From Actinomycetes bacterium (GTDB taxonomy: Bacteria; Actinomycetota; Humimicrobiia; Humimicrobiales; Humimicrobiaceae), in NCBI GenBank assembly GCA_022396035.1, contig JAIOXO010000007.1, forward strand, positions 2,473 through 66,472: 64,000 nucleotides of DNA, written 5' to 3'. The translations under genes were made by a program, and so were the position numbers. The notes beneath the pieces were generated by a model, which was not told the DNA's origin, made no database searches, and saw only the letters and a program-made list of their open reading frames with translations. How positions within the stretch are numbered: position 1 is the stretch's first letter; each line of letters begins with the position of its first letter. Below, in pieces: positions 60,313-64,000 of the stretch.

Positions 60313-61149
60313 ATGAATTTATCAGAATGGTTAGAAAATGAAGATCTGAAACAGACAGTAAAAAGCTTGGAGCAATTAGTACCCCGGCCCCTACATACCG
60401 CAGTTATTTTTGGCTCTTTTTTGGCCAGAAGTATTGATTTTTTAAGCCTTGACCACAGATCGGAAATAAAAATGAAGAGCCTGCCCCATTACCCTCTCCC
60501 CTCGGTAGCCGGACAGGAAAAATCATTGATTAGCGGCACAATAAAAAATAAATTAGTGCTGTTATTTAGCGGAAGGATACATTACTATGAAGGATACAGG
60601 CTTCTGGAAACAGTATTACCGGTAATAATCAGCAAGAAACTGGGAGCAAAACAGATAATTATAACTAATTCTGCCGGTGGTCTTAATCCTGAATTTACCA
60701 TAGACGACATTATGTTAATAGAAAACCATTTAAACCTGATGGGAGATAATCCTTTATTTGGGTACAGTTATGACCGCAGGCATGATTATTTTATTAATTT
60801 AGCCCAACCTTACAGCCAGTCTTTGCTGTCTGCAGCAGACCTTGCGGCCCGGCAGATAGGTTTGCGCCCAAAACATGGTGTCTATGCCGGAGTCAGGGGC
60901 CCAGTTCTGGAAACAGCTGCCGAGGCAAACATGCTTAGAATAATAGGGGCTGATGCTGTGGGGATGTCTACTGTAGCCGAGACCATTATGGCTAATTATT
61001 TGAACTTAGATGTTCTGGGAATTTCCCATATTCGAAACCTGGTTTCCGGCCAGGAAACCAGTTTCAGCCATTTAGAAGGAAATAAAAAAGAAACAAAAGT
61101 GGGGAAAATGTTGTCTAACTTAATTGAAAAGGTAATTGAGGATTCTTGA
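60313..61149 (+). CDS. purine nucleoside phosphorylase family 1 (PNP/MTAP-type) enzyme
   Basis: ~278 aa, PNP-I fold motifs (ITNSAGGLN, VGMSTVAE). Confidence 0.65.
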   Translation: MNLSEWLENEDLKQTVKSLEQLVPRPLHTAVIFGSFLARSIDFLSLDHRSEIKMKSLPHYPLPSVAGQEKSLISGTIKNKLVLLFSGRIHYYEGYRLLETVLPVIISKKLGAKQIIITNSAGGLNPEFTIDDIMLIENHLNLMGDNPLFGYSYDRRHDYFINLAQPYSQSLLSAADLAARQIGLRPKHGVYAGVRGPVLETAAEANMLRIIGADAVGMSTVAETIMANYLNLDVLGISHIRNLVSGQETSFSHLEGNKKETKVGKMLSNLIEKVIEDS

Positions 61150-61191
61150 TATGGACTTAAGGCTTTTAAACCAATATAAAGGAGCATACAT

Positions 61192-62040
61192 ATGAATGGT
61201 ACTGCTATAGTAACTGATAGCACTGCTGATATACCAGGCGAACTTCTTGAAAAATACAATATACATTTAGTACCGTTATCGGTTATTTTCGGTAATCAGA
61301 GCTTCAGGGAGGACGGCAAGGAGATAACCGCTGCCCAGTTTTACCAGAAGCTCCAGGAATCCCGCGCTCTCCCCAAATCGGCCCAGCCTTCACCCGGAGA
61401 TTTTTTTGAAACCTATTCCCGGCTGTTTAAAACTTATGACAATGTCATATCCATTCATATCTCCAAGAAGATGTCTGGGACTATTGATTCCGCAGTTATG
61501 GCCAAAAAAAAGATAGCCGATAAAAATATAGAAATAATAGACTCGGAACTGGTACATATGCCCCTTGGTTTCCTGGTTTTAAATGCTGCCCAGATGGCTC
61601 AGCAGGGAAAGAGCGTTGATCAAATTGTGGAAGGAACAAATAATCTAAAATCCAAGATGCACTCCCTGTTCATACCTAACACTCTTGAATACCTGCAGAA
61701 GGGAGGAAGGATAGGCAGGGCCCGGTCACTTATAGCTTCAGTTCTGGAAATAAAGCCCATACTAACCTTAAAGTTTGGGGAAGTTTCCCAGTTTAAAACT
61801 ACCAGGAGATGGAGGCAGGCCAAGAATGAACTGGTTAAGTCCATGGCCGCCATGGTTGACGATCCCGGAAGATTAATAGTGTCAGTTGCGGATTCAGATA
61901 CCTGGTCAGAAGGTGAAGAGATGAAGCAAAAGATTGAGGAAACCTTCCATCCCAAACAGATAATAAGGGTAAGTTTCGGTTGTGTTCTGGGTACGCATCT
62001 GGGTCCCGGAGCACTGGGTATAACTTTTTATGAAGATTAA
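61192..62040 (+). CDS. DegV-family fatty-acid-binding protein (FakB-like), paralog 1
   Basis: IVTDSTADIP N-terminus, EDD-domain fold. 282 aa. Confidence 0.85.
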   Translation: MNGTAIVTDSTADIPGELLEKYNIHLVPLSVIFGNQSFREDGKEITAAQFYQKLQESRALPKSAQPSPGDFFETYSRLFKTYDNVISIHISKKMSGTIDSAVMAKKKIADKNIEIIDSELVHMPLGFLVLNAAQMAQQGKSVDQIVEGTNNLKSKMHSLFIPNTLEYLQKGGRIGRARSLIASVLEIKPILTLKFGEVSQFKTTRRWRQAKNELVKSMAAMVDDPGRLIVSVADSDTWSEGEEMKQKIEETFHPKQIIRVSFGCVLGTHLGPGALGITFYED

Positions 62041-62073
62041 TTTACTAAATATAAACATAAACAAGGAGGAAAG

Positions 62074-62931
62074 ATGTCAAAGATAGCCATAGTTACTGAC
62101 AGTACTTCAGATATTCCTATAGATCTGGTAAAAAAATATGAGATAACCGTAGTGCCTTTATCGGTAGTATTCAGCAGCGAGGAAACCTATGTAGACAACG
62201 GGGAAGATATAACCATAAAACAGTTTTATGAAAAATTAAAAACCGTTAAGAAACTCCCTACCTCTGCCCAGCCTACCCCCAATGATTTTTTAGAAACATA
62301 TAAAAATCTTCTAAATGAGGGGTATGAGACCATAATTTCTATCCATATAAGTCAGAAAATGTCAGGTACCCTGGCTTCTGCCCTGGCAGCTAAAAAACAA
62401 CTGCCCGACCAAGATATAGAAGTAATTGATTCCTATAATGTACATATGCCCTGCGGCATAATTGCAGTAAAAGCAGCCCAGATGGCCCAGCAGGATAAAA
62501 GCAAAGAAGAAATAATGGATGTAATCTATGATATAAGGAAAAAGGTAAGGACTCTATTTGTTCCCAAAACCCTTGAATATCTGCAAAAGGGAGGAAGGAT
62601 TGGAAAGGCTAAAGGTCTGGTTGCTTCCCTGCTGGAAATTAAGCCCATACTCACTATTGAGTCGGGGGAAATTTCACAGTTTAAGACTACCCGTAGATGG
62701 AATCAGGCAAAAGCTGAGTTAATCAACTCCATGGGAAAAATGGTATCCAAACCAGATAAGCTGGTGGTAATAGTATCTGATTCCGACAACAAGGAAGAAG
62801 GGGACATGCTGGAGGAAACCATTAAAAAAGAATTTAATCCCAGGGAAATTATAAGGGCAGACATTGGTGTAATAGTAGGCGCCCATGTAGGACCTGGAAC
62901 TATAAATGCTACCTTTTATGAAGAAGATTGA
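62074..62931 (+). CDS. DegV-family fatty-acid-binding protein (FakB-like), paralog 2
   Basis: IVTDSTSDIP N-terminus. Paralog of the preceding gene. Confidence 0.85.
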   Translation: MSKIAIVTDSTSDIPIDLVKKYEITVVPLSVVFSSEETYVDNGEDITIKQFYEKLKTVKKLPTSAQPTPNDFLETYKNLLNEGYETIISIHISQKMSGTLASALAAKKQLPDQDIEVIDSYNVHMPCGIIAVKAAQMAQQDKSKEEIMDVIYDIRKKVRTLFVPKTLEYLQKGGRIGKAKGLVASLLEIKPILTIESGEISQFKTTRRWNQAKAELINSMGKMVSKPDKLVVIVSDSDNKEEGDMLEETIKKEFNPREIIRADIGVIVGAHVGPGTINATFYEED

Positions 62932-63500
62932 TAAATAAATCAAAAATTCGCCAACAGATACAGGAAAAAAGAGATAAACTGGATAAAGAGAAACGGCTTT
63001 CTAAAAGCAGGATTATAGCTGATAAGTTTCTGGCCTCCAGTTTTTATATCAACTCTAAAGTTATAATGGCTTACTGGCCTTTTAGAAGCGAAATAGATAC
63101 CACTCTGATTATCAGCCGGGCGATAACTGATAGAAAAATGGTTACCCTCCCCAGGGTTTGCCACCATAAGCTTGCCCTGTATTATGTACAGAACCCGGCA
63201 CTGGAATTAGGATGCGGGGCATATGGTATAATGGAGCCAATCGAAGAAAAGTGCAGGGCCGCTAACCCAAGGGATATTGATATGGTAATAGTACCGGGGG
63301 TTGCATTTGATCTTGAATTAAACCGTCTGGGTTATGGCGGGGGCTATTACGATAAGCTTCTGGCAACTTTAGGTAAAAGAGTTAAAAAAATAGCCCTGTG
63401 TTTTGATATACAGATAATCAGCCGGGTACCTGCAGAAGAACATGATGTTAAGGTAGATGGTTTAATAACTGAGTCTAGGGAGATATTTTGCCCCAGGTAG
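62928..63500 (+). CDS. 5-formyltetrahydrofolate cyclo-ligase
   Basis: MTHFS motifs (VPGVAFD, GYGGGYYD). 190 aa. Confidence 0.8.
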   Translation: MINKSKIRQQIQEKRDKLDKEKRLSKSRIIADKFLASSFYINSKVIMAYWPFRSEIDTTLIISRAITDRKMVTLPRVCHHKLALYYVQNPALELGCGAYGIMEPIEEKCRAANPRDIDMVIVPGVAFDLELNRLGYGGGYYDKLLATLGKRVKKIALCFDIQIISRVPAEEHDVKVDGLITESREIFCPR

Positions 63501-64000
63501 TAAAAGATATTGCATTACTGATACCTGCTTATAATGAGCAGAAGTATATTGCAGAAGTTATAAAAAACTGCGCCCGCTACGATATGGATATAATAATAGT
63601 AGATGATGGCTCCATCGATAATACAGTTAAGGTAATAGAGGGTTGTGAAGAAATAAAGACAGGACAGGTCACCCTTCTAAAACATACTAAAAACCTGGGC
63701 AAAGGCAAATCTCTTTTAACCGGATTTAATCATATCATATCCCGCAACTATCGGGGAGTAATAACCCTGGATGCCGACGGGCAGCATGATGTAGCAGAAA
63801 TCCACAATTTCCTGGAAAGAATAGAAAGGGACAATCCGGATATTATAGTAGGCAATCGCCTGGGCCAAACTCATAATATGCCTTTTATAAGGCTGGCTAC
63901 CAATGTATTTACCTCCTGGCTGATATCCTTAATTGCCGGCAGAAAAATCAGGGACGTACAGTGCGGCTACCGTTATATAAATTGTAGGGTGTTAAGAAAA
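63488..64000 (+). CDS. family 2 glycosyltransferase (polyprenyl-phosphate sugar transferase-like), 5' part; runs off the window
   Basis: LLIPAYNE...IIVDDGSIDNT...DADGQHD are GT2 signatures. Probable TTG start at 63488 with AGGGAGA 5 nt upstream. Not in the ORF track because no stop falls within the window. Confidence 0.6.
   Translation, partial: MPQVVKDIALLIPAYNEQKYIAEVIKNCARYDMDIIIVDDGSIDNTVKVIEGCEEIKTGQVTLLKHTKNLGKGKSLLTGFNHIISRNYRGVITLDADGQHDVAEIHNFLERIERDNPDIIVGNRLGQTHNMPFIRLATNVFTSWLISLIAGRKIRDVQCGYRYINCRVLRK

Noticed and set aside
1-64000. CRISPR arrays, IS elements, integrases or prophage remnants
   Set aside because: No direct-repeat/spacer periodicity, no transposase or integrase-like ORFs and no abrupt composition shifts were seen. 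The tRNA-Gly is not flanked by an integrase or att-like repeat.

Overview
The window is a low-GC (~40%) bacterial chromosomal segment, almost all coding, with long minus-strand operons.

Features in order:
- 1-5.3 kb: the 5' end of a 6-phosphofructokinase gene (pfkA-like, TTG start), then a compact his operon hisZ-hisG-hisB-hisH-hisA-hisF-hisIE. hisD and hisC are absent.
- 5.4-13.3 kb: an unusual fused glutamate-mutase-like (GlmS+GlmE-like) B12-domain protein and an opine-dehydrogenase-family oxidoreductase, tightly packed with dnaE and an orphan pilB/gspE ATPase.
- 13.4-16.4 kb: larB (nickel-pincer cofactor biosynthesis) and an H+-translocating pyrophosphatase (hppA), with a clean intrinsic terminator.
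- 16.5-30.9 kb: one ~14.5 kb minus-strand amino-acid biosynthesis operon, ilvD(2)-ilvB-ilvN-class V aminotransferase-serA-leuA-leuC-leuD-leuB-cimA-ilvD(1). A 315-nt leader precedes it. The leader holds a candidate BCAA-rich leader peptide and a terminator-like hairpin plus U-tract.
- 31.3-32.8 kb: a secreted trypsin-like protease with a C-terminal TM anchor and cytoplasmic zinc ribbon.
- 32.9-37.4 kb: a mutarotase-like protein and a contiguous bshC-bshB-bshA bacillithiol cluster.
- 37.5-39.0 kb: an mnmA carrying a degenerate IscU-like N-terminal domain.
- 39.1-40.8 kb: stand-alone LigD phosphoesterase and LigD polymerase/primase genes bridged by a translationally coupled 43-aa ORF. No ligase domain or Ku is present in the window.
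- 40.8-47.3 kb: a 2TM protein, a membrane protein with an N-terminal repeat region, and a lipid-metabolism-like block. The block is a FAAL-ACP-LPLAT tridomain fusion, a PRTase-like protein, a PhnP-like MBL, a FadR-like GntR regulator and an SGNH hydrolase.
- 47.4-49.7 kb: htrA and an orphan ATP-grasp enzyme.
- 49.8-50.0 kb: an orphan promoter-transcript-terminator unit whose hairpin tip resembles SRP RNA domain IV. It lies just upstream of ilvE.
- 51.0-57.2 kb: a two-gene UvrD-like helicase / iron-staple nuclease pair (AddAB/AdnAB-like), preceded by a coupled small ORF and tRNA-Gly(CCC).
- 57.4-64.0 kb: lipid kinase, an orphan LivJ-like SBP, PNP, two DegV paralogs, 5-formyl-THF cyclo-ligase and a partial GT2.

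There are no CRISPR arrays, no obvious mobile elements and no recognisable canonical defence system.

The items most worth a second look are the fused B12-mutase-like / opine-dehydrogenase pair, the ilv leader peptide and attenuator, the SRP-like orphan RNA, the split NHEJ PE/Pol module with its bridging micro-ORF, the IscU-like-MnmA fusion, and the dual Fe-S helicase-nuclease pair.
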